The notes under the pieces were generated by a model. The model worked only from the letters and a program-made list of their open reading frames with translations, was not told the DNA's origin and did no database searches. Made by a program: the position numbers and the translations under genes. This document shows positions 1 through 8,986 of a stretch of 64,000 nt of DNA, one piece after another (the first letter of the stretch is position 1; the number at the start of each line of letters is the position of its first letter). The stretch is from a virus (taxonomy: Duplodnaviria; Heunggongvirae; Uroviricota; Caudoviricetes): the IMG/VR virus record IMGVR_UViG_3300031760_000004, positions 92,294 to 156,293 of that record; one strand, written 5' to 3'.

Positions 1-5
1 TAGAC

Positions 6-260
6 GTGGCATGGCAGCACCTCACCGATTACACGCCTCACAACCGCATTCAGATCAAGTGCTTCCCGTCGCAAGGGACGTACCCTGCCGACAGGGCCAT
101 GCAGCTTGTCACGGACGCCCTGAAGTGGATGTCCCAGTGGAACGACATCGTGGCCCGGTACAACCGCCTGAGGAGCACCGTTGACACCCACGAGCGCAAC
201 GAGTCGCTCGACCGCGTAACCAAGTACAGGCACCAGCTTGAACTGCTGAGGAAGCTATGA
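6..260 (+). CDS. hypothetical phage protein
   Basis: ORF with GTG start, overlaps the next gene by 4 nt; may be 5'-truncated by the window edge. Confidence 0.5.
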   Translation: MAWQHLTDYTPHNRIQIKCFPSQGTYPADRAMQLVTDALKWMSQWNDIVARYNRLRSTVDTHERNESLDRVTKYRHQLELLRKL

Positions 261-742
261 GCGTGCACTACGAGATATACGGCGACAAGCCTGAGCTGAT
301 TGACAAGAACGTGCGCGTCTGGCATGACGGCGACGACAGCGCCGTCTACGACGGCCGGTACGGCGACCTGCTGACCGACATGTCCGCCAACTACTCCACC
401 GACGAGGACGTGGGTGTGCTGTGGAACGAGATGTCGTGCTTCAACGACGATTTCGCCGACGAGACTCCGAGGACCATTGCGTTCAACGTGTTCAACGGAA
501 GCAGGGTTGTCACCCAGTATCCGGAAGACAGCACGAAGTACGACATGTATGGTGCGATCGTAACGCGTCACGGATTCGATCCTGGCGGAAGGCTTTACGG
601 ACGCTGCGGGGACGGGGCGCTAACGTCGTTCCAAAACTGGCGCTGCCTCGAGTGGTGGCTGGCCAGGGAGATCAACATCCACTGTTTCCTGAGCTGGGTT
701 GCAGACAACATGCTGCCCAAGGGGAAGGGAGCCGAGCCATGA
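257..742 (+). CDS. hypothetical phage protein
   Basis: ATGA-coupled ORF in a co-directional run. Confidence 0.7.
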   Translation: MSVHYEIYGDKPELIDKNVRVWHDGDDSAVYDGRYGDLLTDMSANYSTDEDVGVLWNEMSCFNDDFADETPRTIAFNVFNGSRVVTQYPEDSTKYDMYGAIVTRHGFDPGGRLYGRCGDGALTSFQNWRCLEWWLAREINIHCFLSWVADNMLPKGKGAEP

Positions 743-1107
743 CCAGACGCGAGTTCTACAAGAAGTTCAAGCCGGTAGTCGACGACTGGCTTGAGAAGTT
801 CCGTAAGAACGGGTCGCTCGCGATAGAGAACGCGTACGACATCGCCGTGGTCAAGGAGGTCATGTTCTTCCTGGACGTCGAAGCCGACGACCAGGATGAC
901 GACGTCAGTCTGTTCGACGACGTGCCTCCGGAATACTTTCTGGACGACATACTGAACCTGTGCGGCGACTGGGACAGGCTGGGCGGGATATTCATCCCGG
1001 ACTGCGGCCAGAGTTTCGAGACATACTCCGAGATGCTGGGCATCATCGGCGAGGACTGGAAACAGGACAAGGAGGAGGCTGAAAAAGATGGCGAAAAAGA
1101 GGAATAA
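739..1107 (+). CDS. hypothetical acidic protein
   Basis: ATGA overlap; start refined to MTRREFYKK. Confidence 0.7.
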   Translation: MTRREFYKKFKPVVDDWLEKFRKNGSLAIENAYDIAVVKEVMFFLDVEADDQDDDVSLFDDVPPEYFLDDILNLCGDWDRLGGIFIPDCGQSFETYSEMLGIIGEDWKQDKEEAEKDGEKEE

Positions 1108-1630
1108 CCGGCCGCGGCAGGCCGGAAATGCGTGTACAGTTGTATGCACCTTCCATGGGCATCCATGCTCCATCGCGGTGTACGAGGACGACAAGGCCGC
1201 GCTCAGGGCGTACCGCGAGGACATAGAGATCCACAAGGACGTGGCGTCGAAACAGGTCGGTAACGCGCTGGAGGCGCACGAGGAGTACCAGGAAAAAAGC
1301 CGTGTCAAAACATCGTGCTCCGGGCTGCCGCGGTGCGAGTTCAGCGACGGTTACGCCGTGGCCGTGGTCAGAGGTCCCATGTTCACGACGATGAAGGCTA
1401 CGATGCCTTTCATCGCGGTGAACTATGACGACGGGCGTCTGAACGTCGTGGGATTCGAGGACACCGCTAAGGCGTACGAGATCTACGACCGGATCAGGAA
1501 GTCCCACGACGACCGCGAGGTGCAGGAAATGCACGAGGACTCGTACAAGGCGTTTTCCACCGACGAAATCTCGGTTGCGGTGGGGATCGCAGATGTGGTG
1601 GCGAGGGGCGACGAATGCCAGCTGGTGTAG
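1088..1630 (+). CDS. hypothetical phage protein
   Basis: GGAGG upstream, overlapping start. Confidence 0.7.
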   Translation: MAKKRNNRPRQAGNACTVVCTFHGHPCSIAVYEDDKAALRAYREDIEIHKDVASKQVGNALEAHEEYQEKSRVKTSCSGLPRCEFSDGYAVAVVRGPMFTTMKATMPFIAVNYDDGRLNVVGFEDTAKAYEIYDRIRKSHDDREVQEMHEDSYKAFSTDEISVAVGIADVVARGDECQLV

Positions 1631-1647
1631 ACGGGACACCCGTTCCG

Positions 1648-1860
1648 ATGATGGAGCCGGAGGCGTTCGAGGACGAGCTGATGAAGCTGTGGAACGACCA
1701 GCGCGAGCTGACTGACAAGATCGGCAGGCTGCTTGACGTCTGCGGATTCAAGTCGGAGGAGTATGCCGACTGGCTGAATGATTTCTGCCTCGGCGAGAAC
1801 GAACAGATAGAGAGGCTGATGGAGATGTACAAGGAGAAATACAATGCAAGTTCCAATTAA
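1648..1860 (+). CDS. hypothetical protein
   Basis: short ORF filling the gene run. Confidence 0.55.
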   Translation: MMEPEAFEDELMKLWNDQRELTDKIGRLLDVCGFKSEEYADWLNDFCLGENEQIERLMEMYKEKYNASSN

Positions 1861-2077
1861 CGCGGTCCTGGCGTTTGTCAGCGTGGGAATTGGAATCGGA
1901 ATCGTGGTGGCGAGGGTGTGGGCCTTCTTCACCATGCGTAACTGCGACCGCTTCGACAGCTTCGACGAGGCGCATGTGGCGTTCCTGCGGGAAAACCCTG
2001 AGGGGACAATGTACGAACTTGACGACTGGCTGTTCAAACGGGTGTTTGGAAGCCCTAAAAACAATGAGGCAAAATGA
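1844..2077 (+). CDS. small membrane protein
   Basis: AAGGAG RBS; hydrophobic N-terminal helix AVLAFVSVGIGIGIVVARVWAFF. Confidence 0.65.
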   Translation: MQVPINAVLAFVSVGIGIGIVVARVWAFFTMRNCDRFDSFDEAHVAFLRENPEGTMYELDDWLFKRVFGSPKNNEAK

Positions 2078-2436
2078 ACTGGCAAGTGACATTGGTGCTG
2101 ATGCTGGCTGGACACCTTGTGGCGGACTACACGCTGCAGGGATGGCTGGCCAACGGGAAGCAGAAGGCGTGGTGGATCAAGACCTGCGACGGAAATCTAC
2201 CTGACAAGTACAGGTATGACTACATAGCGGCACTTGTGTGCCACTCGTTGTACTGGAGCATATTCGTGTGCTCCGTGTTCTATGGCTCGAGACTGTTCCT
2301 TGCGGCGATAGCAGTGAACACGCTGGTTCACGCCGTCGTAGACGATCTCAAGGCCAACAGGATGAAGATAAACCTGATTGCAGACCAGCTGCTACACCTA
2401 TCGCAGATTCTGATCACGTTCTCAGTGCTTAACTAA
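2074..2436 (+). CDS. DUF3307-family membrane protein
   Basis: motifs GHLVADYTLQ, HAVVDDLKA, ADQLLH. Confidence 0.8.
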   Translation: MNWQVTLVLMLAGHLVADYTLQGWLANGKQKAWWIKTCDGNLPDKYRYDYIAALVCHSLYWSIFVCSVFYGSRLFLAAIAVNTLVHAVVDDLKANRMKINLIADQLLHLSQILITFSVLN

Positions 2437-2447
2437 GGAGGAATAAC

Positions 2448-3569
2448 ATGGCAAGAAAACTGGCAAGTGTTGTTGAGATTGAATCGGTCGAGCCGATTCC
2501 CGATACGGAGCGGCTCTCCGTGGCGACCATGCATGGCAAGGGCTGGAAGGTCGTCGTGGGGCGCGAAGATTTCAGGCCCGGTGACTGGGCGGTGTACTTC
2601 GAGATCGACTCGTACCTTCCGGACGAGGAGCGCTACGCATTCCTTCGCGAGCGCTGTCTGCGGAAATTCTGCACAAAGGGCGGAGAAGTTCTTAAGAAGG
2701 GGCTCAGGATCAAAACCATGAAGCTCCGCGGGGTGATCTCCCAGGGGCTGCTCATGCCGTTCCGATACTTCACGGAGCTGTACACAAGCGACGGTCTGAG
2801 AGCGGTCAACGAAGGAGACGACGTGACAGAGCGTCTTGGAGTGGAGCACTTCGACGAGGTAAAGGCCGCGCTGTCCCCGGCGATGGGAAACCCAATATCA
2901 GCCGAAGCCGCCGGCTCATTCCCGTCGTACGTGCCCAAGACCGACGAGGAACGCATCCAGAACCTCGTGGAATACTTCACCACGATGAAGGATCGCACGT
3001 TCGAGGTCACGGTCAAGGCCGACGGCAGCAGTGTTACAATGCTGTACGCTCCGAACGAGGACTCTGAGGCGCCGTTCAAGGTATGCTCCCGCAACCTCAA
3101 CCTGAAGCCCGAAAAGTCCGACGGCACCAAGCCGCTGCCGTGGCAGATGGCCTTCAAGTACGACGTGGAGAACAAGCTCCGCAAGTACTGGGAGGACCAC
3201 GGAATCGAACTGGCCGTGCAGGGCGAGCTGATTGGTCCCGGCATCCAGAGCAACCGCGACATGCTCACCGAGCATGAATGGCGGGTGTTCAAGATCTGGG
3301 ACATCACCAACCAGCGGTACCTTCTTCCTGGCATCACGAAAAAGGTCTGCGACGGCATGGGGCTGAAGTACGTGACCGTGATCGCCTCCGGCGTGCCCGT
3401 GTTCCAGCGGTTCAAGAACGTCGACGAGCTGCTCTTATTCGCGGAGGGCAAGACCGACCGCGGCAACGAGCGCGAGGGGCTGGTGTTCAAGACGATGGAC
3501 GAGCCGTACCGTACGTTCAAGGCGGTCAGCAACCGCTACCTGCTCAAGCAGGCCGCGAAGGAGGACTGA
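2448..3569 (+). CDS. RNA ligase (DRB0094/Rnl2-like) with N-terminal OB-fold
   Basis: N-terminal RKLASVVEIESVEPIPDTERL; nucleotidyltransferase motifs KADGSS, QGELIGPGIQ, EGLVFK, FKAVSNRYLL; AAGGAGG RBS. Confidence 0.9.
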   Translation: MARKLASVVEIESVEPIPDTERLSVATMHGKGWKVVVGREDFRPGDWAVYFEIDSYLPDEERYAFLRERCLRKFCTKGGEVLKKGLRIKTMKLRGVISQGLLMPFRYFTELYTSDGLRAVNEGDDVTERLGVEHFDEVKAALSPAMGNPISAEAAGSFPSYVPKTDEERIQNLVEYFTTMKDRTFEVTVKADGSSVTMLYAPNEDSEAPFKVCSRNLNLKPEKSDGTKPLPWQMAFKYDVENKLRKYWEDHGIELAVQGELIGPGIQSNRDMLTEHEWRVFKIWDITNQRYLLPGITKKVCDGMGLKYVTVIASGVPVFQRFKNVDELLLFAEGKTDRGNEREGLVFKTMDEPYRTFKAVSNRYLLKQAAKED

Positions 3570-3571
3570 TA

Positions 3572-3820
3572 GTGGCAAATGACAAAAGTGACGCCCTTCT
3601 GGAAGCCGTTACAGCCATGCAGAAGGCGCTTGACGAGCGCGACGCCATTGAAAAACGGCTCAAGAAGGCCGAAGAGGTCATCCATACCATAGGTGAGGTT
3701 TCGGGGATGCTTGACGTATGCGACGGCGCGGATGCCAAGAGGCTCTACGCCCTGTGTCAGGAGTGTCGTAAACGTCTTGAACATGCAGCCAGCGACTACT
3801 GGAAAACGGTGGAGGAGTGA
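3572..3820 (+). CDS. hypothetical coiled-coil protein
   Basis: GAGG RBS, GTG start. Confidence 0.6.
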   Translation: MANDKSDALLEAVTAMQKALDERDAIEKRLKKAEEVIHTIGEVSGMLDVCDGADAKRLYALCQECRKRLEHAASDYWKTVEE

Positions 3821-3821
3821 C

Positions 3822-4238
3822 ATGGACAAGCAGAATCCGTTTATCGAACAGCCGTCGGATTCACCAGAGTCCGAGTCAGACGTGGCGAAAAAGAAGTCAA
3901 AGCGGTACTCGCTCACGTGCTACGAGGATTCGGAGTCGTATGAGCCTGGACTTAGGACACTGTCCGAGTTCGAGGACGATCCACATTATCCGTCAATCGG
4001 GTATTGCGCCAAGAGCAAGGCCATTGACTACTGCCACGATCTTCTGATGGCCGTCACGGACATGAGGTTCAACCTGTTCGACGAGCTTAAGAAGATGGCG
4101 AACGAAATCAACGACACGATTGTGGAGGAGTCGAAAGGCAAGTGCGCCGACGTGCCTCCGCTGTCCACGTACAACCTGCCGTTGTCCATCGTCAACCTTC
4201 TGCTCGACAAGTACAACCTGGAGCTTGAGGAGCACTGA
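3822..4238 (+). CDS. hypothetical protein
   Basis: GGAGGAG RBS. Confidence 0.7.
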   Translation: MDKQNPFIEQPSDSPESESDVAKKKSKRYSLTCYEDSESYEPGLRTLSEFEDDPHYPSIGYCAKSKAIDYCHDLLMAVTDMRFNLFDELKKMANEINDTIVEESKGKCADVPPLSTYNLPLSIVNLLLDKYNLELEEH

Positions 4239-4242
4239 TGCC

Positions 4243-4725
4243 ATGAAAAAACCTGGTACGGTGACGCTATGCCCGCTGACAGGAAAGGACAGGATCCTGT
4301 ATGGAAACTGCGAGAGCTGCCAGCATTTCAGCCATTACTCGTTTCCGGGAAGACTGCCGGCGTGTTTTATTTCTGGAAATGCCTGCCCGATCAAGGGAAG
4401 GGGTTCGTATTCCGCTATTGCGAAATCCACCATTGACGCAGGCATTTTACAGTTAGCGCGGGAAGACAACCCGTACGACACGCTGTACTACAAGGACATG
4501 TCCGACACCGTCAGGAGCGTGCTGTATACTCTGACGGTGCGCGAACGCCAGGTGCTTTGGCTCAGGTTCGGGTTCTACCACGCTCCGATGACACGTGACA
4601 GGATTGGAAATCTTTTTCACGTGACGAGCGAAAGAATAAGGATGATAGAGGACAAGGCGTTGAGAAAGTTGAGGCACAATAATAGGATGAAAAGGCTCAG
4701 GGAGGCGGTTGAATGGGAATACTAG
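4243..4725 (+). CDS. sigma70 region-4 (HTH) domain protein with Cys-rich N-terminus
   Basis: LTVRERQVLWLRFG..MTRDRIGNLFHVTSERIRMIEDKALRKLRH resembles RpoD region 4; no regions 2/3. Confidence 0.85.
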   Translation: MKKPGTVTLCPLTGKDRILYGNCESCQHFSHYSFPGRLPACFISGNACPIKGRGSYSAIAKSTIDAGILQLAREDNPYDTLYYKDMSDTVRSVLYTLTVRERQVLWLRFGFYHAPMTRDRIGNLFHVTSERIRMIEDKALRKLRHNNRMKRLREAVEWEY

Positions 4726-5132
4726 TCGAACTGCACGAGGAGGATCCGAAGCGTAAAAACACCTCGGTATTCGTAAACCCTGAGTTCGTAACGTTCGTCC
4801 AGAAGTCCCCCACGTCGTCAGGCACCATAGTCGGGCTCGTAGGGGACGACCTCGGATGCGTGGTAAGGGAGAGCGTGTCCGAGGTAGCCAGGCTCGTGTC
4901 CATGGCGAACGCTCAGCCAGAGGTGACGCCAATGCCTGCCGAGTCCCCGTTCGGAGGGCCGTGCGGCAAGTACGTGCTGTCAAGAATCACTGGAGAGGAC
5001 GTACATTCCTCCAATGCGAATCCGGAACAGGAGAAGAGCACGGCCGTCCAGACAGGTTCGGAAGAGGTCAGAAAGCCGAGGAAGGCTAGGAAGTGGCATT
5101 CCAGAAAACCGTTCAACAAGGAGGACGAGTGA
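4713..5132 (+). CDS. hypothetical protein
   Basis: overlapping ORF, GGAGG upstream. Confidence 0.6.
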   Translation: MGILVELHEEDPKRKNTSVFVNPEFVTFVQKSPTSSGTIVGLVGDDLGCVVRESVSEVARLVSMANAQPEVTPMPAESPFGGPCGKYVLSRITGEDVHSSNANPEQEKSTAVQTGSEEVRKPRKARKWHSRKPFNKEDE

Positions 5133-5410
5133 TGAAGGTGAAATGCACCCACATAGACTGGGACATTCCGGACGAATGCTTGGAGGAAATATTCGGAAGC
5201 ACCGTCGACAAAGACGGTCTCCCGTATACCGCCAAGGACCTTAAACTCCCAACGTACGATGAGGAAGTGGAAATCGAAATCGACGACGGGGAGTGGGCCG
5301 CGGCGGTCGAAGACGGGGAAGAGTCGTATCTCGTGGCCAACAAACTGTCCGACGAGTACAGCTGGCTCATCAACTCGCTGTATATTGAGGAGGTGAAGGA
5401 TGAAGACTGA
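5132..5410 (+). CDS. hypothetical acidic protein
   Basis: AAGGAGG RBS. Confidence 0.7.
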   Translation: MKVKCTHIDWDIPDECLEEIFGSTVDKDGLPYTAKDLKLPTYDEEVEIEIDDGEWAAAVEDGEESYLVANKLSDEYSWLINSLYIEEVKDED

Positions 5411-5678
5411 CATAGTCGAAGACGTGCCATGCTGGGCTACCGTGTATCTGATGTACGGTGACGACACCGGTCTCAGCGAGGAGGACAAGAAGGAATGCGA
5501 CGAGTTCGTCGCAGACCTAAGAAAACAGGGCATGGTCCTACTGGAACCCATTGAGGAGTCGCACAATGACTTCAACAGCTGGCCCGCGTTTGGGCTCGCA
5601 TGCGACACCGAGAACTGGGTTGTCGAAGTGGTCCCGAAGGAGAAGAGGAAAAATGGCGGCAAGAAGAAGACGGTATGA
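5400..5678 (+). CDS. hypothetical acidic protein
   Basis: GAGG RBS, coupled to upstream gene. Confidence 0.7.
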   Translation: MKTDIVEDVPCWATVYLMYGDDTGLSEEDKKECDEFVADLRKQGMVLLEPIEESHNDFNSWPAFGLACDTENWVVEVVPKEKRKNGGKKKTV

Positions 5679-5682
5679 ACGC

Positions 5683-6126
5683 ATGAACGCACGAAAGGTG
5701 CGTGACGCGGTAAAGTGGCTCATCGACACTCAGGAGGGGTGCGTCCACCATCAGGTTGGCGCGACACGCCTCATGGACGTGTTCGTGGCCATCGGATGGC
5801 GCGAATGCGACGACGCCGAGACGCTCCCTGATGGCAGGTTTAACCACAAGCCGGTATGGCGCGTATGCTGGAAGATCGGCATCCAGACCTCCGGTTACTA
5901 CCACATGATGACGGACTTGGACTGGGACTTCGACTACCCGTGGGGCGGAGAGTATAACGACTGCTACGTGGTCGACGGAGAGATCTGCGACCAGAACGGC
6001 CCTGTTCCGACCTGGAAGGAGTGCCAGCATATCTCCAAGTACATCAACGGGGAGATCATGGGCGTAATCAAGTTCCAGAAGGAGATGGAGCGCAACCACG
6101 AGGGCTCCGGAAAACCAAAGGAGTAG
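5683..6126 (+). CDS. hypothetical protein
   Basis: ORF in gene run; start uncertain (5653 or 5683). Confidence 0.65.
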   Translation: MNARKVRDAVKWLIDTQEGCVHHQVGATRLMDVFVAIGWRECDDAETLPDGRFNHKPVWRVCWKIGIQTSGYYHMMTDLDWDFDYPWGGEYNDCYVVDGEICDQNGPVPTWKECQHISKYINGEIMGVIKFQKEMERNHEGSGKPKE

Positions 6127-6129
6127 GAC

Positions 6130-6450
6130 ATGGACGAAAAAGTCGAGAAGCTGATGGACGACGCCGGTCATGCCGCGTCGGAAAAGGTTACGGAGGCCGT
6201 GAAGAAGGCCATGGAGCGCATGAAGGGCCCGATAGGCGACATCGGCGCGTCATTCGGCGACAGGGAGAAGATAAGCCACGGCATCGATGGGGTGCTCGCG
6301 GTCGTCATGGACCTAGCCAAGGAGGCCTGCGGCATCGGCATGAGGGCCGGGATAGAGACGACAAGGGCGCTGGTGGAGAGCGTCGTCGGCGACATCAGGG
6401 CGGACATGAAGGTCGTGAAGGAGGCAGTCTGTGCGGGCAAGCGAGCTTAA
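6130..6450 (+). CDS. hypothetical helical protein
   Basis: AAGGAG upstream. Confidence 0.65.
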   Translation: MDEKVEKLMDDAGHAASEKVTEAVKKAMERMKGPIGDIGASFGDREKISHGIDGVLAVVMDLAKEACGIGMRAGIETTRALVESVVGDIRADMKVVKEAVCAGKRA

Positions 6451-6718
6451 GGCCGCCATCACCAGGTTCAACAACGCCAGGCACGTCGCGGACCGCGTCG
6501 TCCGGGCGGCCGTACCACGCGTAAGGGACGAGAAGGGCCTCGAGATAACGGACCTGGAGATAGCCGTGGACGGCGGCGGCAGGGAGTACGTCCGCATCTA
6601 CTACCGGCATCCCAGCGGGCTCAACATGTGGGAGTTGTCGGACGTGTGGATCCCGTTGCAGCTGTGGGGGTGCTCCGACAGGGCCATCGAGAAGTACATG
6701 ATAAAGGGCGAACTTTAG
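6431..6718 (+). CDS. hypothetical protein
   Basis: AAGGAGG RBS, GTG start. Confidence 0.65.
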   Translation: MRASELKAAITRFNNARHVADRVVRAAVPRVRDEKGLEITDLEIAVDGGGREYVRIYYRHPSGLNMWELSDVWIPLQLWGCSDRAIEKYMIKGEL

Positions 6719-6756
6719 CCATAATGGTGTATAATGTTCACCCGTATGCGGTATAC

Positions 6757-6832
6757 GCGGCCGTGGTGAAATCGGACATCACGCAACCCTCCTAAGGTTG
6801 ACTTCCGGGTTCGAGTCCCGGCGGCCGCACCA
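6757..6832 (+). tRNA. tRNA-Arg(CCT)
   Basis: acceptor GCGGCCG/CGGCCGC, anticodon arm CAACC-CTCCTAA-GGTTG, TTCGAGT T-loop, encoded CCA; TATAAT at 6730-6735 upstream. Confidence 0.95.
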
Positions 6833-6841
6833 TCTTCAACA

Positions 6842-6917
6842 GGGCCCTTGGCGCAATGGTTAGCGCAAGTGACTCATAATCACTGGGTTGCAGGTTCGAG
6901 TCCTGCAGGGCCCACCA
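6842..6917 (+). tRNA. tRNA-Ile2(CAT) (lysidine type; elongator Met less likely)
   Basis: GGGCCCT/AGGGCCC acceptor with C4:G69 and C5:G68, loop CTCATAA, A73, CCA; resembles E. coli Ile2. Confidence 0.9.
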
Positions 6918-6934
6918 ACATCACGGAGAACAAC

Positions 6935-7480
6935 ATGGACATAGAGGAACTAAAGAAAACGGTTGAAAATTACAAGGCGGCCTGCGCCGAGCTCGCGGAC
7001 TTCGTCAGAGATGTCGTGCCGAGGGTCGAGGAGGACGACTACGTCCGCATCGAGAAGGTGTCGGTGAAGACGCCGGAGCACGTGAAGGAGGGCGAGCCGT
7101 TCGCGGAGATGCTTTCCATACACTACCGGTACGCCGGCAACGGGGAGCCCGACGCGAAGCTGAAGTACGGGGTGCTGAAGGTGCCGGCCGACACGGTATT
7201 CAACCCCGAGAAGGCGAGGGACTACATCGAGTCCAAGTGCGAGCGGGCGCACTCGTTCTACGGGTGGCTGAAGGTCGCCTACAAGGAGGGGTCGCAGCGA
7301 AGGGAGGCGTTCCCTCCGGGCGGCGACCTGCTTGACGACGCGATGCGCGACCCGAAGTTCCCGAGGCTGGCGAAGGACTACATGAAGCTCCGGAACTACC
7401 TCGAGCGGTGCGGCGCGTGCGACGACGCCATGAAGGCCTACGACAGGGCGTACAACGAATACGCCGGGGTGCTTCCGTGA
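6935..7480 (+). CDS. hypothetical protein
   Basis: GGAG RBS; the ORF-track start lies inside a tRNA and was moved downstream. Confidence 0.7.
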   Translation: MDIEELKKTVENYKAACAELADFVRDVVPRVEEDDYVRIEKVSVKTPEHVKEGEPFAEMLSIHYRYAGNGEPDAKLKYGVLKVPADTVFNPEKARDYIESKCERAHSFYGWLKVAYKEGSQRREAFPPGGDLLDDAMRDPKFPRLAKDYMKLRNYLERCGACDDAMKAYDRAYNEYAGVLP

Positions 7481-7878
7481 GCGAGTGGCTGATAGCGGCA
7501 GGCGCCGTTCTGGCGGCCGCGGTTGTCTGGTACGCACTGTGGAGGGTGTTCCGCAAGCCGGACGCGTACATATACGTTCCTGAAGGCGTGGCCATCGCCG
7601 AGTGGCAGTACAAGCAGCTGCCTATGCGCGAGTGCAAGTTCTGTGGTTCCGCGGTAAACCTCAACCGGCACCACGTTATCAGCCAGCTCGCCTGTCCTGA
7701 GAGGAAGAACGACCCCACGAACCTCATCGTTCTGTGCAGGTCGTGCCATCAGGTAGTCGGACACAAGAACAACTGGAAGAAGTTCAACCCGTATGTCGCC
7801 GAGATATGCGAGAAGTACGGGGGGCCGCCGGTTGACTCGAAGGAGTGGAGACAACAGCATGAAAATGCAGTTCACTGA
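7477..7878 (+). CDS. HNH endonuclease with N-terminal transmembrane helix
   Basis: CKFC..LNRHHV...NLIVLCRSCHQVVGH; hydrophobic WLIAAGAVLAAAVVWYALW. Confidence 0.85.
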   Translation: MSEWLIAAGAVLAAAVVWYALWRVFRKPDAYIYVPEGVAIAEWQYKQLPMRECKFCGSAVNLNRHHVISQLACPERKNDPTNLIVLCRSCHQVVGHKNNWKKFNPYVAEICEKYGGPPVDSKEWRQQHENAVH

Positions 7879-8095
7879 GGATCAACTCAGAGGCGTGATA
7901 GCCGAGGCGTGCGGTGACTGGTACAGCGAGATACTTCGCAACAGGCAGGTCGGTGCCGGCACGTCCAAGCTCCGCAGCCCATCTGAGTTCGCCAGCGACT
8001 TCGTAAAATATGTGTCATCCACATGGAACGACACAGTTGAGTGCCCCGAGATAGACGCGATTATGGACTATGACCGCGGTAAGGAGAAGCAATGA
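7859..8095 (+). CDS. hypothetical protein
   Basis: GGAG upstream. Confidence 0.6.
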   Translation: MKMQFTEDQLRGVIAEACGDWYSEILRNRQVGAGTSKLRSPSEFASDFVKYVSSTWNDTVECPEIDAIMDYDRGKEKQ

Positions 8096-8472
8096 AGTTT
8101 AGAAGGTGGCATCCTTCATTCGTCACGCTCAGCGACGACGAGGAGAAGGAGTTTCAGAAGTGGCACGATGTAAAAGGCATCGTAGACTGCATGAAAGTCG
8201 TTTTCCCGTGCGGCCCTTACATGGTGTATTATGAGGGAATGCCGGAAGAGCGTGTCGCTTGCCTGGCCAATGACCACAAATACTTCATAGAGACACGCGA
8301 CACTACGTCCATCTGCGGCAAAAGCGTGCACTACCTCGTGGACTACACTCCAGACGGCAAGTACTGGGTTCTGGGGTTTGTGGATGGCGACGGCGACGGC
8401 AAGACCGTCGAATGGGATGAGAACCGGGAGGAATGGCGCATAACAGACGGCCTTCCAGACAAGCGATACTAG
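8092..8472 (+). CDS. hypothetical protein
   Basis: AAGGAG RBS, ATGA coupling. Confidence 0.7.
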   Translation: MKFRRWHPSFVTLSDDEEKEFQKWHDVKGIVDCMKVVFPCGPYMVYYEGMPEERVACLANDHKYFIETRDTTSICGKSVHYLVDYTPDGKYWVLGFVDGDGDGKTVEWDENREEWRITDGLPDKRY

Positions 8473-8479
8473 GAGGGAT

Positions 8480-8803
8480 ATGGGCGCAAAAGAAAAGAAT
8501 CCGTGGGACTATCCGAAGCCTGTGACAGAGCTTCCATGGCACTGCGTCGACTGGGCTGACGAGTTCAAGACCACGGTGCATGCTGAAGATAACCGCCATG
8601 TATGCGACGTTACTGACGCGAGGGACGCCGCGTACCTGGTGGAGGCGGCCAACCGTCACGTCTCGATGTGCATGGCCATAGAGAAATACGACGCCAGGGT
8701 ACGCAGGTTCGCAAAGCTCATAGCCGAGTATGAGCGAATGTACGGAAAGCTGCAGGACTACAAGGACGTTATAGACGAAGCCGTCGAACTCGCGATGAAT
8801 TAA
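8480..8803 (+). CDS. hypothetical protein
   Basis: GGAGG RBS. Confidence 0.7.
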   Translation: MGAKEKNPWDYPKPVTELPWHCVDWADEFKTTVHAEDNRHVCDVTDARDAAYLVEAANRHVSMCMAIEKYDARVRRFAKLIAEYERMYGKLQDYKDVIDEAVELAMN

Positions 8804-8832
8804 CTAGATTTACCTCGGAGGAGAGGAGGCGA

Positions 8833-8955
8833 ATGCGCATAGCCGAATCTTCGAAGAGGGAAACTCCGGCCGGAATGTCCGCCGCCGGCGATACGCGCTG
8901 CCGCCAGGTAGAGAGCATGCCAACCATCCTGGCCACATGCGCGTCGGAGCGGTAA
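8833..8955 (+). CDS. possible 40-aa small protein (or structured RNA)
   Basis: strong GGAGGAGAGGAGG upstream of ATG; below the ORF-track cutoff. Confidence 0.35.
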   Translation: MRIAESSKRETPAGMSAAGDTRCRQVESMPTILATCASER

Positions 8956-8986
8956 AAGCCCGAAGGCGGGCTTCAAGGAGACAACA

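Noticed and set aside
4120-4725. Full-length sigma70 or sporulation-type sigma factor
   Set aside because: Only region 4 is present, and the upstream extension overlaps another gene
6848-6934. N-terminal extension MAQWLAQVTHNHWVAGSSPAGP of ORF 6848
   Set aside because: It is a translation of the tRNA-Ile2 sequence; the real start is 6935
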